Shown here in pieces: positions 18,865-28,481 of a stretch of DNA of 64,000 nt. Source of the DNA: an uncultured bacterium (GTDB lineage: Bacteria > Babelota > Babeliae > Babelales > Babelaceae). Numbering within the stretch: the first letter of the stretch is position 1; each line of letters begins with the position of its first letter. The position numbers and the translations under genes were made by a program. The stretch is from contig OY970332.1 of NCBI GenBank assembly GCA_963717435.1, positions 768,001 to 832,000 of the forward strand, written 5' to 3'. The notes under the pieces are model-generated. The model made no database searches. It was not told the origin of the DNA and worked only from the letters and a program-made list of their open reading frames with translations.

Positions 18865-20451
18865 ATGAAAAAGATATTGTTGTTAGCTCTAATGTTGGGC
18901 GGAGCAATTTGGGGACAGGAATATGAGAAAACCCAGGCAGAACTCGCTAAAGAACGTGGTGCACCAAAGGGGCTAGATCCGCAGGAATTATATAGTGATA
19001 TTTTTCAAGTTGCCAACGATCTGTTCAATTTAAAAAATGAAAAAAAACCCGCAAAGTTCAGCCAGAACGATATTGATGCTAAGGTTAAACTTTTGACTAG
19101 CTATATCGAAGATGCGGCCTCCTATATAAAAACAAATATCAAGGGAAATTCTATAATCAGCACAAATTTGAACTCCTACAATTCTGGAATAACTGGAAGA
19201 TTGAGCGCAGTGAGATCTGCCGAGTTGGCGAACAATACTAAACTGATATCAGAAGAATTGCTTTCGATTTACAAAATTGCTAACACTTACATAGAAGGCG
19301 TAATTTCTGAATTAAATGCGTTTAAACCATCAGATTCTGGGGCTGAGCAGGCTAAAAAATTGGCTTTAAATATTTTCAAGCTCTTGCAGAACATTGGAAA
19401 TAAAATTATTGCTGATTACACTTTCTCACCTGGAGAGGTATCAGAGGAAATTAATACCGATGTTACATATGTTTTCATGAAAGCTGATTGGGTGAAAAGT
19501 AAGGGTGTACGCCGGGATAAATCAGACGATTTAAAGCGGTTATTTACAAAATTGGGATACCTGGTTAACTTTGCCAATGATGGATTTAAAACCCCATATA
19601 AGGTTATTACGGCTCTTTATATGTCTACTATTGATGCGATTAATGACTTCTCGGAAGCTTTTAAAAACAACGAGCCACTTGTTTTTCAGGAAGGACAACA
19701 TGAAGAAAAAGAGTCTTTAAGAGAATTTTTGAACACGCGCGCTTCTGATATCAAAAATACTATTAATAAAGCGGTCGATAACCTCACAACTAAAACAGCA
19801 GCTGACAAAAATGCAAAGGCGATTTTGCAGCTCTTATTGAAGTTGTATGAGCCTATCTTAAAGAAAATTGAAAAGGAGTTTGATTATAAATCAGCTATGA
19901 AAAAGGCTATTGATTCAATCACATTCAAAGGAAATATTTACAGTTTGCAGACTCTGGGTTCTCAGTTTCAACAAATTAATGCTCTTGATTCGCAGTTGCA
20001 AGCATTTATCGGCTCAGAAGGTAAGTATAATAAAGATAAATATAATAGTTATCAAGAATGTTTTGTAAGAATTTATGACCTCATGACTGTTCTTTATTCA
20101 GAACGATCCACCTTAGAATCAAAGGAACGAAGTGAAAAATCATCAACTGTGAATAAATATATTAGCTCGATGAACGAAGAGCTCAAGAACGCTGGAGTCT
20201 TAATCGATAAAATATCTGAATCAAAAGTGGTTAGGTCGATTCTAAAAGATTTATTATCAAAATATAAAGATTTTATTAATAAATTTGAGGATGATATGAG
20301 AACCTCTTTGAAACTTACGTTCTCAGAAACAGTTAAATCGATATTCTCTATTGGAGGAAAAAAGAGGAGTGCAGGAGAAGAACTAACAGCAACATACACA
20401 GGCGGAAAAAGAGAACGAATAAAGCCATTAAAACCTTATAAACAAGACTAA
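18865..20451 (+). CDS. tandem-array secreted helical-repeat protein A
   Basis: AAGGAG RBS; signal peptide; family motifs IGNKIIADYTF, LGYxVNF and AADKNA..IL..LL. Confidence 0.88.
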   Translation: MKKILLLALMLGGAIWGQEYEKTQAELAKERGAPKGLDPQELYSDIFQVANDLFNLKNEKKPAKFSQNDIDAKVKLLTSYIEDAASYIKTNIKGNSIISTNLNSYNSGITGRLSAVRSAELANNTKLISEELLSIYKIANTYIEGVISELNAFKPSDSGAEQAKKLALNIFKLLQNIGNKIIADYTFSPGEVSEEINTDVTYVFMKADWVKSKGVRRDKSDDLKRLFTKLGYLVNFANDGFKTPYKVITALYMSTIDAINDFSEAFKNNEPLVFQEGQHEEKESLREFLNTRASDIKNTINKAVDNLTTKTAADKNAKAILQLLLKLYEPILKKIEKEFDYKSAMKKAIDSITFKGNIYSLQTLGSQFQQINALDSQLQAFIGSEGKYNKDKYNSYQECFVRIYDLMTVLYSERSTLESKERSEKSSTVNKYISSMNEELKNAGVLIDKISESKVVRSILKDLLSKYKDFINKFEDDMRTSLKLTFSETVKSIFSIGGKKRSAGEELTATYTGGKRERIKPLKPYKQD

Positions 20452-20479
20452 AAAATAGGTTTGGTGTAGAACGATAATT

Positions 20480-20514
20480 TACAGGGCGCGTGTCTTGACG
20501 ATACGCGCCTTGTA
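20480..20514 (+). repeat. array hairpin copy 2
   Basis: TACAGGGCGCGTGTC-TTGAC-GATACGCGCCTTGTA. Confidence 0.8.
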
Positions 20515-20603
20515 TTATTTTAAAATAAATTATTGATTAATTCGTGTCGATTATGAAAAGCTTATTTTTGAATAAAAAAAGAGTAAAAAAGAAGGAGATT
20601 GTG

Positions 20604-22205
20604 ATGAAAAAGATATTATTACTGTCAGCGCTGATTTTGTGCGGTTCAATTTGGGGAAGGGAGCCTGAAAAAACTCAGGCGGAAATCGCCAAAGAACGTG
20701 GTGCAGCAAAGGGTCTGGATCCTCGGGTGTTATATAGTGATATTTTTCAAGTTGCCAACGATCTGTTCAATTTAAAAAATGAAAAAAACCCCGCAAAGTT
20801 CAGCCAGGAAGATATTAATACTAAGATTAAACTTTTGAATGGCTATATCGAAGATGCGGTTACTTATATTAAGACAAATATGAAAGAAGAACGCGTAGCG
20901 CATACGGTCGTAAAAACGTATAGTGCTGAGATAATTAATAGATTCAATGCATTGCGAACTAAAAATAGGTCATTCATCACAGAGGAATTACGTTCAATTT
21001 ACAAAGTTTCGAATATTACTATCGCAAATTTGATTCCTGAACTAAATACATTGAAAATGTCGAATCCTGATGCAGAAGCGGCCAAAAATCTTGTTTTAAA
21101 TATTTGCAAGCTCTTGCAGAATATTGGAAACAAAATTATTGCTGATTATACTTTTGGTTCAGTGGCTGAATTAAAAGGAACAATGGAAACTGTTCTTCAA
21201 GCTATTTTTTACCGGCATAACTATCAGGATGGGGTCAAACAAGACGAGATACAAGTTTTCAATACTTATTTCACAAAATTGGGATACGTGGTTAATTTTG
21301 GCGACAATCTAGATTTTATGCGGAAATTTACAGCTATTTATGCGCTTTATAATTCCACTATTGATGCGATTAATGCATTCGCGCAAGCTTTTGCAAAAAA
21401 GGGAGCACTTGTTTTTAACGGCGAGCCTTTGAGGGGATTTTTGACAAATAAAACTTCTGATTTCAAAAATATTAGTAAAGCGGTCGATAAAGTTGCAACT
21501 GAAACAGCAGCTGACAAAAATGCAAAGGCGATTTTGCAGCTCTTATTGAAGATGTATGAGCCTATCTTGAAAAAGATCGAAAAAGAATTTGATTATAAAT
21601 CAGCTATGAAAAAGGATATTGATTCTATCAAGTTTACGGGTGATTTTTCCAAACCACAATTTCTAGAAGAGTCGTTACGCAAATTGCGTTTGGCTGCTTG
21701 GCAATTGGAATCATTTCTTGGCTCAGAAGGGTATGATTCAGGTCAATATACGTTCTATAATCAGGATTTATACGCAATGATGAGGTTAATGGGTGATCTT
21801 TATTGGGACTTGTCTGTCATAGCATCAAAGGATCGCGCCGAAAGGGTGTCGTGGGTAGATCGGGATATTGACGCGATGAACGAGTTGATTAAGAGTGCTG
21901 GATCTTTAATCAATAAAATATCCCAATCAGAATCAGCTAGATCGCTCCTGAAAGCTTTATTATCGAAGTTTAAGGATTTTGTTAATAAATTTGGGGACTA
22001 TACGAGGAAATCTTTGAAGATTACAACATTAGACGAAGTTAAAGAAAAAGCTAAAAGATTTAAAGAATTTTTAACGGGCGGAAAGAAGAGTGATGTAGCA
22101 AAAGCAAGAGAGGCATTCGAAGCCCCAAGAGGCAACGAACCAATAATGACATACGAATTTGAAGGGCAGGGAACAGAAATCCCATACGGTAAACAGGAAG
22201 AATAA
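20604..22205 (+). CDS. tandem-array secreted helical-repeat protein B
   Basis: AAGGAG RBS; paralog of A. Confidence 0.88.
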   Translation: MKKILLLSALILCGSIWGREPEKTQAEIAKERGAAKGLDPRVLYSDIFQVANDLFNLKNEKNPAKFSQEDINTKIKLLNGYIEDAVTYIKTNMKEERVAHTVVKTYSAEIINRFNALRTKNRSFITEELRSIYKVSNITIANLIPELNTLKMSNPDAEAAKNLVLNICKLLQNIGNKIIADYTFGSVAELKGTMETVLQAIFYRHNYQDGVKQDEIQVFNTYFTKLGYVVNFGDNLDFMRKFTAIYALYNSTIDAINAFAQAFAKKGALVFNGEPLRGFLTNKTSDFKNISKAVDKVATETAADKNAKAILQLLLKMYEPILKKIEKEFDYKSAMKKDIDSIKFTGDFSKPQFLEESLRKLRLAAWQLESFLGSEGYDSGQYTFYNQDLYAMMRLMGDLYWDLSVIASKDRAERVSWVDRDIDAMNELIKSAGSLINKISQSESARSLLKALLSKFKDFVNKFGDYTRKSLKITTLDEVKEKAKRFKEFLTGGKKSDVAKAREAFEAPRGNEPIMTYEFEGQGTEIPYGKQEE

Positions 22206-22227
22206 AAAATACTCTTGATAAAGAGCG

Positions 22228-22264
22228 ATAAAGGGCGTGTGTCATCAAGACACGCGCCCTTTAT
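22228..22264 (+). repeat. array hairpin copy 3
   Basis: ATAAAGGGCGTGTGTC-ATCAA-GACACGCGCCCTTTAT. Confidence 0.8.
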
Positions 22265-22351
22265 TGTTTAAATAAATTATTGATTAATTTGTAGTTATTA
22301 TGAAAAACTTATTTTTGAATTAAAAATATACCAAAAAAGAAGGAGATTTTG

Positions 22352-24424
22352 ATGAAAAAGATATTGTTACTGTCGGCGCTGATTTTGTTGAGCACATTTA
22401 ATTTTGTGCCGATTTTTTCAAAATCAAATTTTGGTGGCCCTAATTTACCTAGTGTAGCTGATTCCAATTATGCAGATAAACTATATGAAGATATCTTGAA
22501 GGGCGCAAAACAAACAACATTATTTGGTTTAGAAAAAAAATCTGATCTTTCAAAATGGGACATCACAAATCGCGCTTATGTAGCTTTCTGGAACGATGAT
22601 ATCAGATTGGCAAGTGAATATATCGGAATGGTTAGTACCATAAACGAGAGAGCCAAAAAACCCAACACAATTTTGGAGGATGCAGCAGAAAATTTAGTCG
22701 CTTCAAATTCAGTGATAATTTATGCATTTACAAATTTGCCGGTCGAAGTAAAGCAGAGAGACAAGACGAGCGCTTCCAAACTTTTGCACGATGTTTATGC
22801 AACTATTAACACAAATATACCCGATTCAGTTTCGAAGTTAAATGGTCTTAAAAAAGTTATTGAGCAAGACGGATATGCGAAAAAACTGGGCCTGGATCTG
22901 TTCAAGCTTTTACAGGTAATCGGGAGCAAAATTATTGTTGATTATGCTTTTGAGCCTAAAGATGCGTTAAAGACAATTGAGAATTCTATACGCGGTATAT
23001 TTTTGCCAAAAGATTATTATACCCAGATTGGTTTGGTCGAATTTCCCGGAAAAAAAATAGTTCTTGATGCATTATTTAACAGACTAGACTATGTAGTTAA
23101 TTTTAGCGATAACGGCACTTTATGGGCTAATTTTTCTTTAATTAAGCAGCTTTATATTTCTGCGCTTAATGTAATCGAATCTGCTTCAGGGGCTTTCGGG
23201 AAAAAAGAGCCGTTCACTAAAGTTTATAATAACAAACAGTCTTTGAATCAATTCTTGGAAGACGAAAGTCGTATTCTAAAAGAGACCAGTAAAGGGGTCG
23301 ATAATATCGGGGCCAACAAACCAGCTGACAAAAATGGCGTGGCGATTTTGAAATTGTTGTTGAAGTTATATGGACAAATCTTGGAGAAAATTAAAAAAGA
23401 TTTTGATTATAGGCCATTGATTAAGAAAGAACTTGAAATAATCGAAAAAGGTAAATATGACTTTAACACACTTGAGAATATAAACGCGTTTCTTAATGCC
23501 GCGAACTGGGTTCGTTTGTTCGGAGTTTCAGAAGATCATAACTTTAAAACAGAGACGTGGCAGAAAGATTTCGTAACTAATTTAATGGGGTTATATGATG
23601 GAATAATAACTTTTACAAAGACTTCTGAGCGGCTAAAGAGAGAATCGACAAATGCTAAAGATGCTTCGTTAAAAGCTTTTAATGATATCGCAAAGCCTCT
23701 TTTGAAGAAAGCTGAAGGAGCCATAAATCAAGTTTCGAGCGTGAAGGCAGTCCAGACAGTAATGAAGGATCTGCTTGCTACTTACAAAATTATGCTTGAT
23801 AAATTTGAAGATGATATGAAAAATAAGTTGGGAATTACACGTTTGGCCAGATTTAAAAATGCGGTTTTTGGAGAAGAGAAAGGCGAGCCAGGAGCAGGCG
23901 AGCAGAAGCAAGGTTCTGAGGAGCTCGAAGCAAAAGCGAGCAGTAAGTCAGCAGCTACGACTGCAACAAGTGAAGCAAAACAATCTTCAAAACCTAAGAT
24001 GACAAAACAAGATATATTGAATTCGCTGGGAACAGTCAACCTAAATGTTGATTTGATGAAGGCGAATAACTTATATGATGCGACTAGAAAACTTCGTGAC
24101 ATTGTGTCTGTCAAGTTTGTTGAGCAATCACCATCCAAATTTAATTTTAGGAAATATGATACTTATCGGGGGAATTTATTGGACCTTATTGTTTTCATCA
24201 CTGAGATTAACGATCTTGCTAAAAATGAAGATAGAGATGTGAAATACAGGAAATTTATAAACGACACAGACGATGTTTTGAGTGCAGCTCAAGGCGAAAT
24301 AGCCGCCATAACCCAAGACGAAGATCAAGAGTCAGTTCTGAAAGATATAATGGCAAAATTTAGGCAGTTCCGTGATGAATTTGCAAAGCAACTGGCAGCG
24401 AAGCTTGAGATTAAAACATCATAG
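22352..24424 (+). CDS. tandem-array secreted helical-repeat protein C
   Basis: AAGGAG RBS; family motifs; extra C-terminal domain. Confidence 0.88.
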   Translation: MKKILLLSALILLSTFNFVPIFSKSNFGGPNLPSVADSNYADKLYEDILKGAKQTTLFGLEKKSDLSKWDITNRAYVAFWNDDIRLASEYIGMVSTINERAKKPNTILEDAAENLVASNSVIIYAFTNLPVEVKQRDKTSASKLLHDVYATINTNIPDSVSKLNGLKKVIEQDGYAKKLGLDLFKLLQVIGSKIIVDYAFEPKDALKTIENSIRGIFLPKDYYTQIGLVEFPGKKIVLDALFNRLDYVVNFSDNGTLWANFSLIKQLYISALNVIESASGAFGKKEPFTKVYNNKQSLNQFLEDESRILKETSKGVDNIGANKPADKNGVAILKLLLKLYGQILEKIKKDFDYRPLIKKELEIIEKGKYDFNTLENINAFLNAANWVRLFGVSEDHNFKTETWQKDFVTNLMGLYDGIITFTKTSERLKRESTNAKDASLKAFNDIAKPLLKKAEGAINQVSSVKAVQTVMKDLLATYKIMLDKFEDDMKNKLGITRLARFKNAVFGEEKGEPGAGEQKQGSEELEAKASSKSAATTATSEAKQSSKPKMTKQDILNSLGTVNLNVDLMKANNLYDATRKLRDIVSVKFVEQSPSKFNFRKYDTYRGNLLDLIVFITEINDLAKNEDRDVKYRKFINDTDDVLSAAQGEIAAITQDEDQESVLKDIMAKFRQFRDEFAKQLAAKLEIKTS

Positions 24425-24443
24425 CTTGATATGCTATAAATTT

Positions 24444-24475
24444 GCAGGGCGTGTGTCTTTTGGCACGCGCCCTGT
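24444..24475 (+). repeat. array hairpin copy 4
   Basis: GCAGGGCGTGTGTC-TTTT-GGCACGCGCCCTGT followed by a T-run. Confidence 0.8.
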
Positions 24476-24649
24476 TTTTGTTTGAATAAAAATTATTGCT
24501 TAATTTCATGTGATTGTGGAAAACTTGTTTGGGAAAGTAATCAAAATACGTGTTTGAGAGAGTTTAAGCAGTTTCGGGCAAGTTATAAGCTCAAGGCAGA
24601 ATTAGAATAATTTATAATCTAAAAAATTAAGATAGAAGAAAGAATTGTG

Positions 24650-26674
24650 ATGAAAAAGATATTGTTACTGCTGATTGTTCAGATTTTTGCTGTGTCGATT
24701 AATGCTATGGAGTCTGCGCAGAAGAAGATAGATTATCAGGCTTTTTTTGATGATATGAACAAAGAAGCGGATCGGCTTTTTGGTCTAACAACAGGCGCCA
24801 TAGGAGGCGGAGGGGCCACCGAGGAAAACTTAAAAAAACAAATTGAAGAGTGGTACAAAAAATATATCGAACTGTTTATTAAAGATATAGATACAAAATA
24901 TGCTGTTTTGAGAGATCTGAAACGGGAATTTAGCAACTCAAGCAAATTAGTGCCGGACACAGCTTCTTTGGTTGTGATGGATAAAAGAAAAGATTTCAGT
25001 GCGATTGGCAATATTCTGTCTGGGATATATAGATACGTGAATATAAATCTTGTTGAGTTAATCAAAAATTTGGAAAAAATACGGACAGAAAAAGCCGAGG
25101 ATAAAGATGCTAAGCAGCTCGGTTTGAATGTAACTAAGTTGTTGCAAAAAATTGGGAACAAAACAATTATCGATTACACTTTCGCGCCAAAAGATGCATT
25201 AAAGACAATTGAACATTTTATTAGCGGTATATTCCTGCCACAAGATTATTACACAGCAATTCCTAATGGACAAATTCAGCAGAACAGAAAGAATCTCGAA
25301 GCATTATTTGCCAGACTGGGATATGTAGTTAATTTTAGTGAAAATGGCACTTTATGGGCCAATTTTTCTTTAATTAAGCAGCTTTATATTTCTGCTTTTA
25401 ATGTAATTGAATCTGCTTCAAATGCTATTACCAACCGAGAGCAATTCAGTAAAGTTTATAATAACAAACAATCTTTAAATCAATTCTTGGAAGACGTAAA
25501 TCGTAATCTAAAAGAGAGTGCCAAAGGGGTCGAAAACATAAGCAGTAGTACGCCAGCTGATAAAAATGCTGTGACGATTTTGAAACTGTTGTTGAAGTTA
25601 TATGGACAAATCTTGGAGAAAATTAAACAAGATTTTGATTATAAAGTATTGATTAAAAGAGAGCTTGATTCTGTTAAATCAAAAAAATATGAATTTAATA
25701 ATGCAAATAACAAATCTTTAACAAATATTGAGCAATATATTGGGGCATTTGGACAGACGCAAGACTCTAACTTTAAGACGAACTTATACAAAAATTCTTT
25801 CTTAAAAGAAGGGCTACAAAAAGCGGGAGCGCAGATGGGAAGTTTTATAAAAATTGCAGCGAGTATCGAGAATAAACCGACGGATGACAAGCTTGAAGAA
25901 TTTAAGACATTTGACTCCAATATCAAAGGCCCATTGAAATTCGCCGGAGATCTTATAAAAGAGGTGTCTAATGTGAAAGAAGTTCAAACAGTTATGAAAG
26001 ATTTGCTTGAAGCATATAGAGTGATAGTCGATAAATTTGAAGACAAAATGAAAGATGAACTGAAAATTACGGCATTTGAGAGATTTAAAGAGTTTCTGCC
26101 GGGAGGTAAAAAAGAACCGTCCCAAGCAGAAAATTTGGCCAAACAAAATGCTGCTTATAAAGAGAGCATCGAGCGACAGCTCAAAGCGATAAGCATCGTG
26201 GACAAATTGCTAGATGAAAAACGACTGGAAAAGTTGCAGAAAGAACTTAGTAAAGTTGTTGCAACTGAATTTGGCAAGCAGAAGACTCATGAAGAACAGA
26301 AGGCGTATGGTGAATACAAAAAAGCGCTTGATGAGATTGTTCGATTAATGATAGATCAGTTTGGGCAGATAAGCATATACAAAAGAAAAAGACAAGAAAA
26401 AACTATGGGGCAAAAAATTGATTTTGTAGAAGAGTTGATTAAAGAAACTAATAAACAACTCAAGATGGCTGAAGACCAAGTGAGGACAATATCTCAATCA
26501 GGAGGTGTTAAAACTGGTCTGAAAGATATAATAAAGAAACACAAAGAATTGCGTAATGAATTTGTGGATCAAATGGAAACAGAGTTGGGCATCACGTTTG
26601 CTGCAAGAGCAAAAGAAAAGCTGACTCCAAAAAAGTTATTAGAAGTAGACTATGAGCAATCTGGAGAAGAATAA
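24650..26674 (+). CDS. tandem-array secreted helical-repeat protein D
   Basis: Signal peptide ending SINA|MES; central module near-identical to C. Confidence 0.88.
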   Translation: MKKILLLLIVQIFAVSINAMESAQKKIDYQAFFDDMNKEADRLFGLTTGAIGGGGATEENLKKQIEEWYKKYIELFIKDIDTKYAVLRDLKREFSNSSKLVPDTASLVVMDKRKDFSAIGNILSGIYRYVNINLVELIKNLEKIRTEKAEDKDAKQLGLNVTKLLQKIGNKTIIDYTFAPKDALKTIEHFISGIFLPQDYYTAIPNGQIQQNRKNLEALFARLGYVVNFSENGTLWANFSLIKQLYISAFNVIESASNAITNREQFSKVYNNKQSLNQFLEDVNRNLKESAKGVENISSSTPADKNAVTILKLLLKLYGQILEKIKQDFDYKVLIKRELDSVKSKKYEFNNANNKSLTNIEQYIGAFGQTQDSNFKTNLYKNSFLKEGLQKAGAQMGSFIKIAASIENKPTDDKLEEFKTFDSNIKGPLKFAGDLIKEVSNVKEVQTVMKDLLEAYRVIVDKFEDKMKDELKITAFERFKEFLPGGKKEPSQAENLAKQNAAYKESIERQLKAISIVDKLLDEKRLEKLQKELSKVVATEFGKQKTHEEQKAYGEYKKALDEIVRLMIDQFGQISIYKRKRQEKTMGQKIDFVEELIKETNKQLKMAEDQVRTISQSGGVKTGLKDIIKKHKELRNEFVDQMETELGITFAARAKEKLTPKKLLEVDYEQSGEE

Positions 26675-26776
26675 TTTCCTAAAAAATTGTTTGCAAAAAA
26701 TATTGAGTTTTTTTAGAAGTCTTAATTAAGATCAAAGTGGAATTAGAATAATTTAATTTTTGAAGAGGGAAATGTG

Positions 26777-28315
26777 ATGAAAAAGATATTGTTACTGTCG
26801 GCGCTGATTTTGTTGAGTGTATTTAATTTTGTGCCGATTTTTTCAAAATCAAATTTTGGTAGCCCTGATTTACCTGGTATAGCTGATCCCAATTATGCCG
26901 ATGCACTATATAAAGATATCTTGAAGGGCGCAAACCAAACAACATTATTTGGTTTAGAAAAAAAATCTGATCTTTCAAAATGGGATCCCACAAATCGCGC
27001 TTATGTAGATTTCTGGAACGGTGATATTAGGCTGGCAAGTGAATACATAGGGATGAACAAAACAAATTCGACTGTTCCAAAGGACGCAATCTTGGCAAAA
27101 TTGGCCCCAAGAATGATTGCGTTCAATAACAAAATAATTAAAAATTTTCAGGAGATGCGTGAAAAGCCAGCATACGTGGAAGACGGCTTAAAGAGTACTT
27201 ATTTGATCGTCAACAATGAGATCCCAGAAGTTCTTCAAGAATTAGATAAAATTAAAGGCTCAGATCCTGAAGTCAAACAAGCCAAAAAGCTGGCGCTTGA
27301 TATTTTCAAGTTATTGCAAGTTATTGGAAACAAAATTATTGCTGACTATACTTTTGCTCCGGATCAGGTGTTAAAAAAGACCCAAGTTAATATAACTTAT
27401 GTTTTCACCAATGTACCATATTCTCAAAGTGGCATCACTACAGGTCAAAGAGAAGTTTTCGATTACACATTCACAAGATTAGGTTACATAGTTAATTTCA
27501 GTTACAATAAAGAATTTATGCAGAAATTTGCAGGCATTTATGAGCTTTATAATTCTAGCATTGACACGATTAATAAGTTCTCGCAAGCTTTCGTAAAAAA
27601 AGAGCCACTTGTTTTTAACGGTAAATCTTTAAGACAATTTTTAGATGAAAAAGCCGCTAATCTTAAAAATCTTGATAAAGAAGTAAGCAAGCTTCCCACC
27701 AAAACAGCAGCTGACAAAAATGCTGTGACGATTTTAAAGTTATTATTGAAGCTGTATGAGCCGATCTTGAAAAAGATTGAAAAAGATTTTGATTACACGC
27801 CGATTATAAAAAAGCAGCTTTCTGAATTGAAATTCACAGAAAGCTTATCCAATCCCAACGAGCTAACTGCCGCCTTTGGTTCAATTGCTGAATTGAGCAG
27901 TCTTGTGGGTACATTTGCGATCTCAAATAGCACTGATTACAATGAAACATCGTACAACGATTATAATGCAAATCTTTTGGACGGCGTTACAGCTGCAGGC
28001 CATTTGGCTGAGAGCAAAACCGCCTGGAACGACGCGCAGACAAGTGCAAAAATACAAGAATTAGATCGTGTTATCAAGGATATGAACGGGAAGCTTAAGA
28101 CTGCCAAATCAAAAATAGACACGATATCTACATCAAAAGCCGTTAGGTCCTTTCTAAAAGATCTGTTATCAAAGTATGAAGAATTTCGTGATAAATTTGA
28201 GAGTGATATGAAGGAATACTGGAAGATTACTAAGTTAGACAGATTTAAAAACCTATTGCCGGGTGGAAAAAAAGGGGGAGAGTCTGCGTCATCACCAGAG
28301 CCATATGCATACTAG
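26777..28315 (+). CDS. tandem-array secreted helical-repeat protein E
   Basis: N-terminal ~90 aa near-identical to C; central module similar to B and F. Confidence 0.88.
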   Translation: MKKILLLSALILLSVFNFVPIFSKSNFGSPDLPGIADPNYADALYKDILKGANQTTLFGLEKKSDLSKWDPTNRAYVDFWNGDIRLASEYIGMNKTNSTVPKDAILAKLAPRMIAFNNKIIKNFQEMREKPAYVEDGLKSTYLIVNNEIPEVLQELDKIKGSDPEVKQAKKLALDIFKLLQVIGNKIIADYTFAPDQVLKKTQVNITYVFTNVPYSQSGITTGQREVFDYTFTRLGYIVNFSYNKEFMQKFAGIYELYNSSIDTINKFSQAFVKKEPLVFNGKSLRQFLDEKAANLKNLDKEVSKLPTKTAADKNAVTILKLLLKLYEPILKKIEKDFDYTPIIKKQLSELKFTESLSNPNELTAAFGSIAELSSLVGTFAISNSTDYNETSYNDYNANLLDGVTAAGHLAESKTAWNDAQTSAKIQELDRVIKDMNGKLKTAKSKIDTISTSKAVRSFLKDLLSKYEEFRDKFESDMKEYWKITKLDRFKNLLPGGKKGGESASSPEPYAY

Positions 28316-28350
28316 ATAATAATAAAAAATGTGCTTGAAGCTATAAATTT

Positions 28351-28383
28351 GCAGGGCGCGGGTCGTGATGATACGCGCCCTGT
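28351..28383 (+). repeat. array hairpin copy 5
   Basis: GCAGGGCGCGGGTC-GTGAT-GATACGCGCCCTGT. Confidence 0.8.
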
Positions 28384-28481
28384 ATTGTTTAAAAAAATTG
28401 TTGATTAATTTGTAGTTATTATGGAAAGCTTATTTTTGAATTAAAAATATGGTTAAGAATATTTTTGACGAAAGAGTTTTT

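Noticed and set aside
18736-28383. Array hairpins as integron attC sites or CRISPR repeats
   Set aside because: No RYYYAAC/GTTRRRY ends, no integrase or cas gene, spacing is gene-sized, and the cargo genes are paralogs with their own promoter-like blocks.
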